From contig MCFE01000128.1 of NCBI GenBank assembly GCA_002104905.1, positions 96,169 to 160,168 on the forward strand: a DNA stretch of 64,000 nt. Reading direction: 5' to 3'. Within the stretch, counting starts at the first letter, position 1; each line of letters opens with the position of its first letter. Source of the DNA: Basidiobolus meristosporus CBS 931.73. Taxonomy: Eukaryota; Fungi; Basidiobolomycota. Positions 27,665-39,636 of this stretch are shown here, one piece after another. Under the pieces are notes generated by a model. That model had not been told where the DNA came from. It did not search any database and saw nothing but the letters and a program-made list of their open reading frames with translations. Both the position numbers and the translations under genes were made by a program.

Positions 27665-29490
27665 TAAGGAGCTCAAGATATCAAATCTGGGAGAGCCAGG
27701 TTACTACTTAGGATACAGCTCTCCATAGACAGGAGTACCCTGACCATTGCCTTAAGCCAGTTCAAGTATATTCAAGATATGCTTATGAAGAACCAAATGG
27801 GAGGCCGTATATTTTGAGCTCCTCTGGTGAAGTCAAACCCTAACTTGGCCAAAACTCAACCAAATCAAGAGAGCCTGGAGCCATCTGAAAGCCCAGACTT
27901 CCCCTACCTATCCATGGTCAGCTAGCTTGATGTATATCACTCTAGCAGTATGCCTAGATATCTCATATTCAGTGGGAGGTGTTGGCAATCATAATCACCA
28001 CTACAGATCTGATTGTATTGCAGCAATTAAGTGGATTATTGAATATTAAAAAGGAAGTGCTGTTATCTGCTTAAGGTATACCTATAGAGACCCAGAACAT
28101 GATCTTTTGTGACACTATGATGCTGATTGGAGACAAGATTTAGAGGACAGAAGATCTTTTACAGGATACACCTTTCTATTAAAGTAAAGGGGCAATTTCA
28201 CAGTACTCCCAAGGGCAACCAAATGTAGCACTTTCAGCTGCTGAAGCAGAGTATATGGCAGCCTGTGAGGCTACTAAAAAACCAATGTGATTAAGAAAGC
28301 TTTCTAAAGTCTGAGGCTTATGTCAAAAACTGCCTATTACTTTGTTTCAAGATAATTGTGGATGTATACAATTAGGTAGAAATGCAACTCTTCATGCTAG
28401 AACCAAACACATAGATGTTAGACATCATTTCATACATGAAGCTATAGAGAATAACTTGGTTAGCTTAGTTTACTGTCCTACAGATGAAATGATTGCAGAC
28501 ATATTTACCAGACCATTAGCCAGAGACTGATTTGAATATCTTGGGTCAAAATTAGGACTAGTCAGTATGAACATTTAATTGAGCGGGAGTGTTGGAAAAA
28601 TTTGTAATTTGTGGCAGTTCATTTTGATTTGCTTAGAGATACAGTGTCTCCAACAGCAGCAGGGGCACCAGGGATGTTGGGGGAAATGGTGCTTGGCTTA
28701 CTGTGGTCTTTATGGGTAGGGGACCCCATATAGTTGAAATGGAGTGATCTGGGGAATGCCAAGGTATTGAATCTTAATCAGTTGAGGAGTGCTCAATCCC
28801 ACAGAGGGACAGGTGATTAGGTGAGGGTGAAGCTCCTCTGAAAACCGGACAATGGGGATTAGGGTCAATCCTGAAAAGTGGTTGAGTAAGGGATCCCCAC
28901 TCATGAATCCATAGAGCAGAAACGGGCATCTGGGCCACCTGCAATGACTGGCAAGATCCCGGCCAGTGCTTGGTAAGGGTGGCAGTTCACACCAGTATGT
29001 GGTCCACGAATCTATGGACGGATTTGGAGGAGCCAGCGTCTCCCAGCCCTATCCAGGCACTTCCTGTGGAACCGGGGGGGTTGGAGTGACACCTCGTGTC
29101 CCCCAAGAGAATCGGCCGGTTCCTAGACCGCCTTCCAAATAAGTCGATGCTTATCACCAACCTTGAGGCCATCGCCAATGCCCATCGAGTCTCCCTATCG
29201 GACCGTATCCCCAATTCCGCGCCATACCAGCGACACAGCACCCCAAGAGCGATGTGGATGTCCATCTTCTGGATGCAATCCAGCGGGTTCTCTTTTAATT
29301 AGGTTCTAGGCATTGAGGATGGGGGGTGGGGCAGTGATGTGATTAAGAAATGACCAAGTGGGCCTAGCTAAAACATAAGTAAGAAAGGGTGAAATCGGCG
29401 TGGCAGCCGGGAATGTACAAACTAGGCATGGGTCCGGGAGGGAGGGAGGGGGGACGCAGACAAGTAAGTAGGAGGGGGAAAGAAAATCCT

Positions 29491-30165
29491 CTATACAGGT
29501 AGAGCGCTACTGGAAGCACGGTCCACAATCTAAAAATTCGCCCGGCTTGGGTTAGAGTGCGCGCTTCGTTGACAGCGAAAAGCGTGTGTAGGTTACCTTG
29601 GAGATAAACGGCAGGTTCAACAAGTGGCCTATGATAGGCAGTCTACGCAGGAAGCTGAACACGACTGGGAAGAAATCCCTGATGAGGAGGGAGGGGAAAC
29701 CGTTAGCAGTGGGGGGGGTCACGAGAATACGGTCTAAGGAACCACTCACCCGAAGAGGTTGATGAAGCCGAACAACTCGATAGACATCCCGGTGATGGGC
29801 CACTTGATCAACACCAAAAATATCCCACCCAAGAAGCACACGGTGCCTCGTATCTTACTTTTTTGGGCGAAGAAGCCCAAGGTCTTTTGCAGACCAATGA
29901 GGAGGGTGATCCCGGCCAGGAAGAAAAGCTATGGGGGAAAGAGCTGGGTAAGAGATTGCCCAATAGAGAGAAGATGCTTGAGGGGGAGACTTACGTTTCC
30001 AATGGCCAACAAACCGGCGTCAAAGAGCAGAATCACCCCTAAGAGCATGAAAAGCCCGCCGAAAGCAGTCAAGCCAACCCCGATTTCTAGGAAGCAAGGT
30101 TAATAAGGGAGTCGTAGGTTTCGGGCGCTGCGTGAGGACCTACTTTGAGTGTCAGATAACCACAT
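29491..30165 (-). CDS. GOT1: Golgi transport protein Got1 (4 introns, 5 exons)
   Basis: Spliced translation [98 protein letters not shown]. All introns GT-AG. Not visible as a single ORF in the track. Confidence 0.92.
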
Positions 30166-30407
30166 ATTTAGTCCGGAGTAAAAGCGAGGTTGATGTGAGA
30201 GGAGGGAAAGGCGATGTGGAGTGAAAAGGATTTATTTTGTCAACATGGATGATGGGCACCGTAACCGATTTTGGGCCAATCACATCACCCTTGGCACATA
30301 CATGACGGAGCACTCCAACGTTGGCGGGTTTGATTAGATGAGGATCTAGTTGGTTGAGAAATGGGATATGCGAGGTGTGTGGTGTGTGTGGCGAGTGGGG
30401 TGGAGAT

Positions 30408-31887
30408 TTACATGCCAACTGAGTAGATTTTATGAAGTTGCTCAGTGCTGGTGCTAACCAAGGTCACTGGGCAGCAGCCATGCTCCTCGACGTATTTGAA
30501 GATGCAAGGATAGCAGAACACGTACCCAGTTGGCAGCATGGTCGGGTTTGTTCTTTCACGCTGGCAGAGAGGACAGTGGCCCCGATTCTCCGGAAGCGGC
30601 ACGCCGTTGGGGTCGGGCTGGAGAAGGGTAGCGGTCAGTGGAATGGGAAATGAGCCAAGGCGGTAACTAGGCACTTACTTTGACTGGCTCCGGTGGGGGA
30701 GGGATCGGCTGTTGTGTCTGGGCGCGGCTGTATTCGGAGGAGTACCACCACTCTAAGAATTTGAAGAAGAAGATAGACATGGGAAGGAGCACCTTAAGGA
30801 AATCGAATCCTCGCTCGATCCCGGTGAACAGCAGGCGTTTGAGGAATTGGGTGCGTGACAAGCCGCTCCAGCCAACTGCGGAGGGGTTTTGTCGTTGGTA
30901 CATCTCTTTCTGTTGTATATGCAAAATCTTGGGTCAGCAGATGAGGGAGGAAGAGAGGGTCGACATTGTCTTACATAATCACTGATGTCCAGGCGTCGAA
31001 CTTGGACTCCAATCAGTCGTAACCAAGGCGTGTAAAACGCGGTGCGGTCGTACAGATAGCCAATATTATAGCCGAGGGTGGCTAAGTGATAGGCGCAATT
31101 GAGGTATGGGTACAACGTTTTGAAGAGCTTCTTGATCCGGGCCTTCAGCTTCTCTTTGGTTGAAAGTTGCTACAGGCGGAGTTGGAAAGCATGGGTCATT
31201 TGTTCCAGCACAGGACACGCTGGCTATCGAACACATACCTCGGTCGGATTCTGTGCTCTGCCGAGGGCCGAAAACTCCTCTCCAAACAGAAGAGCACCGG
31301 ACCCCCCGCTGACCTTATCGTATAGGCCGTCGAGCTTGGACTTCAAGTAAGGAAGACCGATCTTTGGGAAGGTGTTAATCCATGATATCCCACCAGCAAA
31401 AAAGCCCTTATCACACTTACGGAAAAGAACAACGAGTTATAAACATCGCGCTCGGTCAACTTATCCGACTCCTCGATCTTCTGCGTTCTCGTGCGTTTCA
31501 AACCATAAAAGTTTTCGGCGAAAGTTCCGCCTAGTGGGAACAAGGGAATGTTACGGGCCGAGCGGATAGAAGGTGGCATACCGGACTAACCGTATCGTCT
31601 TAAATAGTGTCTTTCCACGAAGAACATGGCGCAGTTGAATATCTCCTCGAAATGATTGACCACGCGAAGAAGGTATCTTGGATAGCGCTGTGCATAAACC
31701 TGTACAGATAGAATGCGCCCTGGTCAAAAGAGGCCACCGTTGAAAAACAGAGGGCTTAAGCATTTACCGTCAACACATAGCGAACCGCAGGCTGAAGCAT
31801 GTCACGCATTTTGTCCTGTGCCACGAGTTCGAATAACGAGGGTCGGTACATATCCCGATTGTCCCCTATATTGCTCATGTACTCCAT
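30408..31887 (-). CDS. PEX12: Peroxin 12 (RING peroxin), multi-exon
   Basis: N-terminus [40 protein letters not shown]; [19 protein letters not shown]; C-terminal [29 protein letters not shown] (ORF 30408-30674). Confidence 0.92.
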
Positions 31888-32721
31888 GTTGGCAGTGCTG
31901 AATAGGTAGAATGAAGGTTGGCTGGCTTGTGATAGAACTCCGCCCTAAACGAATACTCACCACTTGTTTCCTGAACTTGCTTAGTCATGAGAAATTGATG
32001 AGATTATCGAGAAAAACGGAGACTTAAGCAAAATGATCACTGAAAGGATTAAACTAACCACTCACTGTAATTCAATGATCCATTAATCCTCCCTGATCCT
32101 AAATGTAGTCCCAATCCAGATGACGGATAATGCAGCAGCGATAAGGAAATAATCATAATACTATCCCCCCCCCCCCTTAAGCCCCTAGCGATAAAGGAAA
32201 TGCATACTACGCTAAATGGCAAATGCTCAAATCACAAATAAGTTTTCAACACCACATTATAGGGAGAGCGAAGTGCTTGAAACCCCATGCGGATCAGCAT
32301 ACGTGCTATGAGTGAAGATGCGTCATCAAGGATTGGTGGAAGCATTATTCCACCAGCATCACAACTGCCCTGCCCTCATCTGTTTATGCTTCCCTTGGCC
32401 AATCCATTTGATCAACGATAGCTGTATTACTTATGACTCCCATAACTTTAAATGGAAATCGCGGTATTAGTAAATTGTGGAGAAGGGTGGACGAAAGCCG
32501 ATTATTCATGGAAGAAACCCTCCGAATTCACCAGAGATGATCTCTCGTCAGTTGGGCCTTCTCCAATCGGAGCCTGGTGATGCCTTATTCACATGAAGCG
32601 AACAAACCAATTGGGACGCACAGAGATGAGCATAAGCTTGTGACTCATTTTCAATATATAAGGGCCAGCGTCGAGACAACCCAGTCGCAATTTGGCTCAT
32701 TCTGTACATCAAATCCACAGC

Positions 32722-34533
32722 ATGAAGGTGATCCACAAAATAGAGCAAGCAACCAGTGAGAACAGTCCGTTCTGGTCGTTCGAGTACTTCCCACCAAAGA
32801 CTCAGCAGGTCAGACTAACGACGCCTCCATCGATCCTTGTATCCGAGTCTCAACTTCTTCAATCCATGTAGGGCATCAATAATCTGTACGATCGTATGGA
32901 GCGTATGTACACACTCGGTCCCACCTTTATCGACGTTACTTGGGGTGCTGGCGGATCTACATCCGACCTTACCCTTGAGCTGTGCTCTACTGCTCAGAGT
33001 GTCTACGGGCTGGAAACCACCATGCACCTGACCTGTACTAATATGCCCAAGGAGCAGATCGACTTTGCCCTGGAAAAGGCAAAAGAATGCGGCATCCAAA
33101 ATATTCTGGCGTTGCGCGGGGATCCCCCACGCGGGCAAGAGGTGTGGACTGCGTGCGAGTCTGGCTTCTCCAATGCCATTGATTTGGTGCGATACATCCG
33201 TCAGCAGTATGGCGACTATTTCTGCATCTCAGTCGCTGGATACCCAGAGGGACACCTGGACGCACCCAGCGTGCAGTCGGACCTGGAATTCCTCAAGGAA
33301 AAGGTCGATGCTGGTGCTGATTACATTGTTACCCAACTCTTCTACGACGTTGAGCTGTTCTTGGACTGGGTCAAGCAGTGTCGTGCTCTCGGCATCACCT
33401 GTCCCATCCTCCCCGGCATCCTCCCAATCCAGAACTACAACGGATTCAAGCGCATGACCACCCTGTGCAAAACCTTCGTGCCAGAAGAGATACTTGAGGC
33501 ACTGGAGCCCATCAAAGATGACGATCAGGCGGTCAAAGATTATGGCGTCCAGCTGGCGATCGACATGTGTCGGAGAATGCAGGAGGAGGGGATCCTGGGC
33601 TTCCATTTCTACACGCTGAACCTGGAGAGATCAACCCGGTTGGTTCTTGAGGGACTGAACTTTGTTCCATCGCAAGAGAATGTCAGACCACTTCCTTGGA
33701 GCCCATCCCTGAGCAAGAAGCGTGCTAACGAGACAGTTCGCCCGATCTTCTGGAGAAACCGTGTCAAGAGCTACATCGCTCGTACGGAAAACTGGGACGA
33801 ATTCCCCAACGGGCGTTGGGGAGATTCTAGATCACCTGCGTACGGTGACCTGGGTGTCCATGGGGTCTCCTTGAAGCAATCCATGAAGGAGGCAAAGCAA
33901 CTGTGGAAGTCGCCACGGAACCTAGACGAGATCAGTCAAATCTTCGCCGATTACTGTAACGGAAAGGTGCCCGCCCTTCCGTGGAGTGATCAACCTTTGA
34001 TGCCGGAGTCGGGAGGCATTACCGAGAAACTTGTAAATATCAACCGGGCTGGCTACCTCACCATCAACAGCCAGCCAGCAGTCAACGGAGTCAAGTCATC
34101 CCACAAGATCTATGGCTGGGGGCCTAAAAATGGTTATGTGTATCAGAAAGCATATTTGGAATTTTTTGTCTCTCCTCAAGCGTTGGACAAGCTGGTGGCT
34201 AAGATCAACCAGGATCCATACATCACCTACTATGCCATCAACAGACAAGGCGATTTGCATACTAACACTCAGTCGGATGAACCCAACGCAGTCACATGGG
34301 GAATATTTCCAGGTAAGCAGATTGTGCAGCCAACCATTGTTGAGGCGTATAGCTTCACTGTGTGGAAAGACGAGGCCTTCGAGCTGTGGGCCGAGTGGGC
34401 GAAGGTTTACGAGCCTGAAGAAGCCACCCGCAAATGCATCGAATCCATCATCGATGATTGGTATCTGGTTAATGTTGTTCATAATGATTATCAGGATCCC
34501 GATGCTATTTTCAAGGTCTTCTTGGATCACTAA
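32722..34533 (+). CDS. MET13: Methylenetetrahydrofolate reductase (Met13 type)
   Basis: Exon 1 32722-32808 (MKVIHKIE..WSFEYFPPKTQQ), intron 32809-32871, then GINNLYDRMERM..FIDVTWGAGG..MHLTC..LALRGDPP..TQLFYD and the regulatory domain (NWDEFPNGRWGDSRSPAYG). Confidence 0.97.
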
Positions 34534-34801
34534 TCAACCAACTGCTCTCCCCTTCCACTTGAACTTTTTACGGACACTATCTAGGTTAATTATTTTATCA
34601 CGGACATTTTTATCACACATGGACAATGGACATTATTTTCTATGCCTTGATCACTCATATATTCCGGAATGGGCTGCAAATAAATTGTGAATTTTTCTTA
34701 CAACTGTTTCTATTCCAGAACGACGCTCGATGGGTTAATATGATGGATTAGAAACCATGCCAAGTTAAACCACTTTGATCATTGCTAAGAAACCTACGAA
34801 C

Positions 34802-34879
34802 CGCAAATTTAAACCACATTCCATGCGGGATTTAATCGGGCGCAAATTTAAACCACATCCCATGCGGGATTTAATCGGG
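34802..34879. repeat. 39-bp tandem duplication
   Basis: cgcaaatttaaaccacat(t/c)ccatgcgggatttaatcggg x2, one mismatch, between MET13 and the NOL11-like gene. Confidence 0.9.
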
Positions 34880-35134
34880 AAAAAAAAGGCGGGTGTTTTT
34901 TTTCTTTTTTTCATGATACAAACATTTCGATAGTAGGGATGGGTTTTTTTCGAAGAGCGGCGTAAAGAACTATCCCTTTCCAAGATAGTCTCGATTTACT
35001 CAGCGTTTTAGAAAGTTCCCCCCCCCCACCGGAGCCAACCACTTTCTATCGTCTTCTTTGCTAGACTTGGGTCCAACGTTTGTTTTCATTCCAACTCGAA
35101 CCCGTAGAACCAAAACACCAAACGCGTGGAAAGC

Positions 35135-38012
35135 ATGAACAACGCCAACCTGGACGAGCCTTACCCCCTTGCTCAATTCACCACCACCACCTCCGTGACC
35201 GAGGGTGGTCTAGCAGTTTTCTGCTCTGGGGTGGATCCCATCCTCTCCTCGAACGCTAGCGATTCCAACACTATCAGCGACAGCGAAACTGTCGTCCTAA
35301 CTGTACAGGGAGAAGGGATTCACAAATACAACGTAGGTGAAAGCTAAACTCTCGCTTGCGCAAGCATAGTAATCAACTGACCTCTTCTTTCAGGCTGCTG
35401 ACCAGAAATGCACCAGATCCTGGTCCACACCGCCCGGCTTGATGTTCGCTTGTTCAGCCAAGTCAAAAGGAAACTACATTTACGCCGTTATTGCCGGTGG
35501 TTCCGATATCTCAGCCAAACTCGAGGGAAAGGTTGTGTGGCGTTGGGATGACAAGCCCCAAGAGGAGCACGAGCAGGGTCTATCCCGTAAGCTCGCCCAC
35601 ACCTTTGACCAGAAAATCTTCTCCTTGGAAACCTCGCCCCTACTCCCTTCCCATATTGTACTTGTAAATACCGATGGCTCGGTTGCTCTGGTGACCGACG
35701 ACTTGAAGAAGACGGCTGTGCTGCTCAAGACCCAGCAAAGTATCGAGACAAAATCCCTTTGGTCTACTGTCTTCGATTCATCGTCCACTTGGATCTCGCA
35801 CTCCCTCTCTTCAATCGCACAAACCATGTTGTTGACCGTTTCCTCGACCTCCTACGGCCATAACTTGAATGTTTTCACCATCAGAGATGATTCTCCCAGC
35901 GTAGAATTGTTCGGTCAGACCGAGATCAGAACCAACGCTACCCCGGTCGCCTTCAGCTTCGAAGGCTCCACTGGCAAATTCAGTTGTTTATCAACCGACG
36001 GTTCGTGGACGATCTTCAACCTTCGACTGGATGGTAGTAAGGTCGCACTCTTGGAGCAATTGGCTCTTCCTTTGGAAGGGTTTGCCACTGCCATAGAAAA
36101 GCCGAAGACCCCCAAGAAGGGTGGCAATAAGGACAACTCGGTCAACCGATTCCCAATCGCTGTAGCCGGGGTGCAGGAGAACTACCTTGCGGTGGTAGGC
36201 TCCAGAATGAACAGCAAGTCCAACAAGGCCGAGCACGTGATCACCCTGTGGGATGGTAAATTTGGAACACTGCAGAATGAACGGGTCATTGATCTCTCCG
36301 TGGGAGACGCCGGAGTTAGCGAAAGCGAAATCCCCAAAAACGCCGAAACCTCGTACCAGATCTCCTCCCTGGGCTCCTCCCGATTGATCGTCTCCATGTC
36401 CCTCAGACTGGGCAAACTGGCGGTGAAGACCATTGTTTACCTTTGTGAGTTGTACTGCCCACCCATCTCCCTCATGGCTGCCATGAATAGAATGAAGGAG
36501 TCGGACAAGTATCTGTCTCCATTGGAGAACGGTGGTAGCACCATCATCCAAACCAGAAATGGGATTGAGGGAGTCGGCAATGTCATGGGGGTCTTGAGAA
36601 GCCGCTCCGCCGATCAGATCCAAGCCTGGACCGATGCTTTCGCTTCGGCCCAACAGGCCGAGAGAGAGCTTTTGGACAAGCTGAACAACCCCAAGATGAG
36701 CGCCGAGGAGTTCACCAAGGTGTTCATGAAGCATGTTGAGAAGGAGGAGAAGAAGAGAGCTGCCGAGCTTAAGAAGCACCTCACTCAAGAAGCCAAGGCT
36801 CGGGAGCACCCTGTCTCCCAGGTAAAGAAGGGAGAGGAGAGTAGTAGCGAAGAGTCCGAGAGCGAGGAGGAGGAGGAGCAAGTCGAGGAATTGCCCGCAG
36901 AAAGCGAAGAGGAGAAGCAAGACGACGACGACGATGATGACGAGGATTCCAGCGATGACGAAGCTGAGGCGGATGCCCTCAACAAGGACGATTCCAAGAG
37001 CGAAGGAGCCAAATCCGAAAGCGAAAAGAGTGAGCAATCCGAGGCCAAGACCGAGGAAGAGCTCAAGGCGAAGAAACTTCGTCAAAGGGTTGCCTGGTTG
37101 GCCAACAAAATCAAGAGAAAGTCGGCCAGGAAAGCGGCCAAATTGGCGGCCAGAGTCGAAGCTGAGAGCAAGCTTCCGGAATTCTCGCACAATTTCATTC
37201 TTGCTCTCTGCGAACGATTCTTCGGAAAGCTGGCTAACGGAAAGGCCGACAAGCGTTTCTTCCCCACCGAGGTCATCGAGTTTCTCATCCGCAATGAGCT
37301 GATTTCATCCAGCTGTGTCGAGGGTGGCATTCTCTCGGCATTGGTGGAGAGAAAGGCATGGGGCCTCATCGAGCTTGCTCTCACACACCTTCACGATATT
37401 CCTGAAGATGATTCCGTTGCCTTGATCAAAGATCAGCTCCAAGAGCTTCTCTCTTCTACTGAGGATGAGGCAGAGATCCCAGAGATTCCTCGTGACTCGA
37501 ATGCGATTCGCCTGCTCTCTCTTGTCATCTCAGCCCCTCGAAACGATATCTTCATGCAGAACTCGCTCAAGAAGCTTACCGTTCAAGAGGTAGCGGCTGT
37601 CATGAAGGTCCTGTCCCAATGGATCGAGGAATGGAATCAAATTGGTGGATGCGCTGCCCAACATAACAAGACCTCTAGATTCAAGAGAAAGGAGCTGAAC
37701 CTCCCTCTTTACGATACAATCATCGACTATGCCAGCTTGTTGTTCGACTCCCACTTCACCACATTAATCCTGTCGCCCAGCCTCCATCCGTTCATTGAGG
37801 CATTGACTGAGCATGTCGCCAACGAGATCCGCATCGCCGAGGAGATGGAAGAGATGCGTGGTCTCTTGTACGAGTTCGACAAGAGATACAAGGAGCTCTT
37901 GATGCCATTCTGGGAGAAGCAAGCTCGCAACGGAGGCAAGACCAAGAAGAGAAGAAGCAAGTGGGAGCCTGATCAAGTGCTGCCCTACGGTGTTGAAGTC
38001 GTTCATTTGTAA
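35135..38012 (+). CDS. NOL11/Utp8-like t-UTP small-subunit processome protein
   Basis: Exon 1 35135-35332, intron 35333-35393. VVLTVQGEGIHKYN-AADQKCTRSW resembles the NOL11 N-terminal beta-propeller start; ITLWDGKFGTLQ, LHDIPE, IIDYASLLFDSHFTTLIL, C-terminal YGVEVVHL. Long acidic insert. Confidence 0.75.
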
Positions 38013-38328
38013 ACAGCCACTTCTCTATACCTTCTAATCTCAACCCAACCCCCTTAATTGCAAATCCCAACTGCGATTGTCATCTTTCACCTGCGTTACA
38101 TTTATCTTCTCTCACTTGTTATGTATGATATAGATATTTCTCCTTTCTGAAAAACTAGTAAACACTATCATTAATGAAAGATTCCATTCCAGAATGCAAA
38201 TGGGTCAGTTCATTCCAGGATCCAGTGAAAAAAGAACTACGCCTCATCCAAGGCTCCATTTAAATGAATTAATCCCCAAGCCGGATGGAATATTTCCTTA
38301 TCACCTTGACCAGTCTGCTTGACACAAT

Positions 38329-39186
38329 ATGGGTGGAGACGGTGGTTCAATCCCTAAGCGCATCGAGTTGGTTCGCCAAAAACGAAAGACTGAGCGAACC
38401 GATGAGGCGTCCAAGATCATAAGCGAATGGTTTTACTGCGCGTTGTCCAAGAAACCACTGGAAGTGCCGGTGGTAAGTTGTGTATTGGGGAAGCTTTACA
38501 ACAAGGAGGCCATCCTTGAGTATGTCCTAGATCCAAGTTCGTACGGGGACGCCGATAAGATCTGCCCTCATATCAAAAATCTAAAGGACGTGACCGTGTT
38601 GAAGCTTACGCCCAACCCCGCCTTCGAAGGCTCCCAAGCAAGTAATATCGCCCAATTCGACCGAACTCTGCCTTCCAAATACGTTTGTCCCATCACTATG
38701 AAGGAAATGAATGGAAAGCACAAATTCAGTTACCTACTCAGCTGTGGGTGTGTCCTCTCTGAGCAAGCGCTCAAGGAGGTGCCCTCCTCCAACTGTCTTA
38801 TTTGCAACAAAGCGTACTCCAGTGAAGACGTGATGACCCTTAATCCTAAGGGGCAAGATCTGGAGCGCCAGCAGGCGTTGCTTGAGACCCGTAGAAAAGC
38901 CAAAAAAGACAAGAAGGATAAAAAGAAGAAACGGAGCCCCGCCGGAGAAGACGGCTCCCAAGAACCGTCCAAGCACACGAAGAAAGCGAAGAGCAACCCT
39001 ATTCCGGAGCCGGGCTTCGCACCCCCTACTGTGTCGGAAGCCAGCGCCATCCTTGAGAAATACGCAAGGCCCTCGACGCAATTGTCGGAGAACGTTCAGT
39101 CCATTTTCGCCAAGGATGAGGAGAAGAACAAAACCAAGGTGAACAACATGTTTTTCCATGGGACATACAACCGTTACGCGGCTTAA
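38329..39186 (+). CDS. RTF2: Replication termination factor 2 family RING-like protein
   Basis: MGGDGGSIPKRIELVR, CALS..L..PVVSCVLGKLYNKEAILEY, YVCPIT.KEMNGK.KF.YL.SCGCV.SE.ALKE..C..C; basic C-terminus. Confidence 0.92.
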   Translation: MGGDGGSIPKRIELVRQKRKTERTDEASKIISEWFYCALSKKPLEVPVVSCVLGKLYNKEAILEYVLDPSSYGDADKICPHIKNLKDVTVLKLTPNPAFEGSQASNIAQFDRTLPSKYVCPITMKEMNGKHKFSYLLSCGCVLSEQALKEVPSSNCLICNKAYSSEDVMTLNPKGQDLERQQALLETRRKAKKDKKDKKKKRSPAGEDGSQEPSKHTKKAKSNPIPEPGFAPPTVSEASAILEKYARPSTQLSENVQSIFAKDEEKNKTKVNNMFFHGTYNRYAA

Positions 39187-39636
39187 GGCGGGCCATCCGA
39201 CATCTCCGGTGCCTATGTATTTTTATTCCTGTTCAATGTGTGTATAGTGCTTTGCAATTCCATGAATAAAGTTAGAGGAGTCTACGCAACACAAGCTGTG
39301 CAGCTGAGCCAATTTCCCTGAACACCAACCTACCCTGAGCTGTGCTGGGGGATCCTCGATTACCAGACAACCCGGTAGAGTTCCCAAAGAGGAGAAACCA
39401 ATGGTTTACCGGGGTAATACCCAACGCGGTATCGGCCATGGGCTCACCCCATTGGCTAATGCCCGAAGCAAGATGGTTAAAATAACACCGCACTGCTTTG
39501 GATTCATCGAAGGTAACTAATAAAAAATTCATGGATTGAGGCCAAACTTCAAACTTTTGAACATCCTTTTTCAATAACAAAGGTGCCCCTCCCCTTTTGG
39601 ACTAATATTTTGGACCTCTAGTACGCCTGCCACCTC

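Larger units (their letters stand above)
21108..28610 (+). mobile_element. Older Copia A RT-RNase H relic (host of nested insertions)
   Basis: RT motif LVAKGYSQ (21140-21183) continues after 26953 as RTFAPVAK..IHQMDVKT (ORF 26990-27292). RNase H at 28100-28580 (ORF 28342-28530, ARTKHIDVRHHF), PPT at ~28577-28589, 3' LTR stub 28590-28610. Confidence 0.8.

Noticed and set aside
35991-37190. 399-aa minus-strand ORF, and likewise 43654-44256 and 34096-34530
   Set aside because: They lie wholly antisense to well-supported genes and are explained by codon bias.
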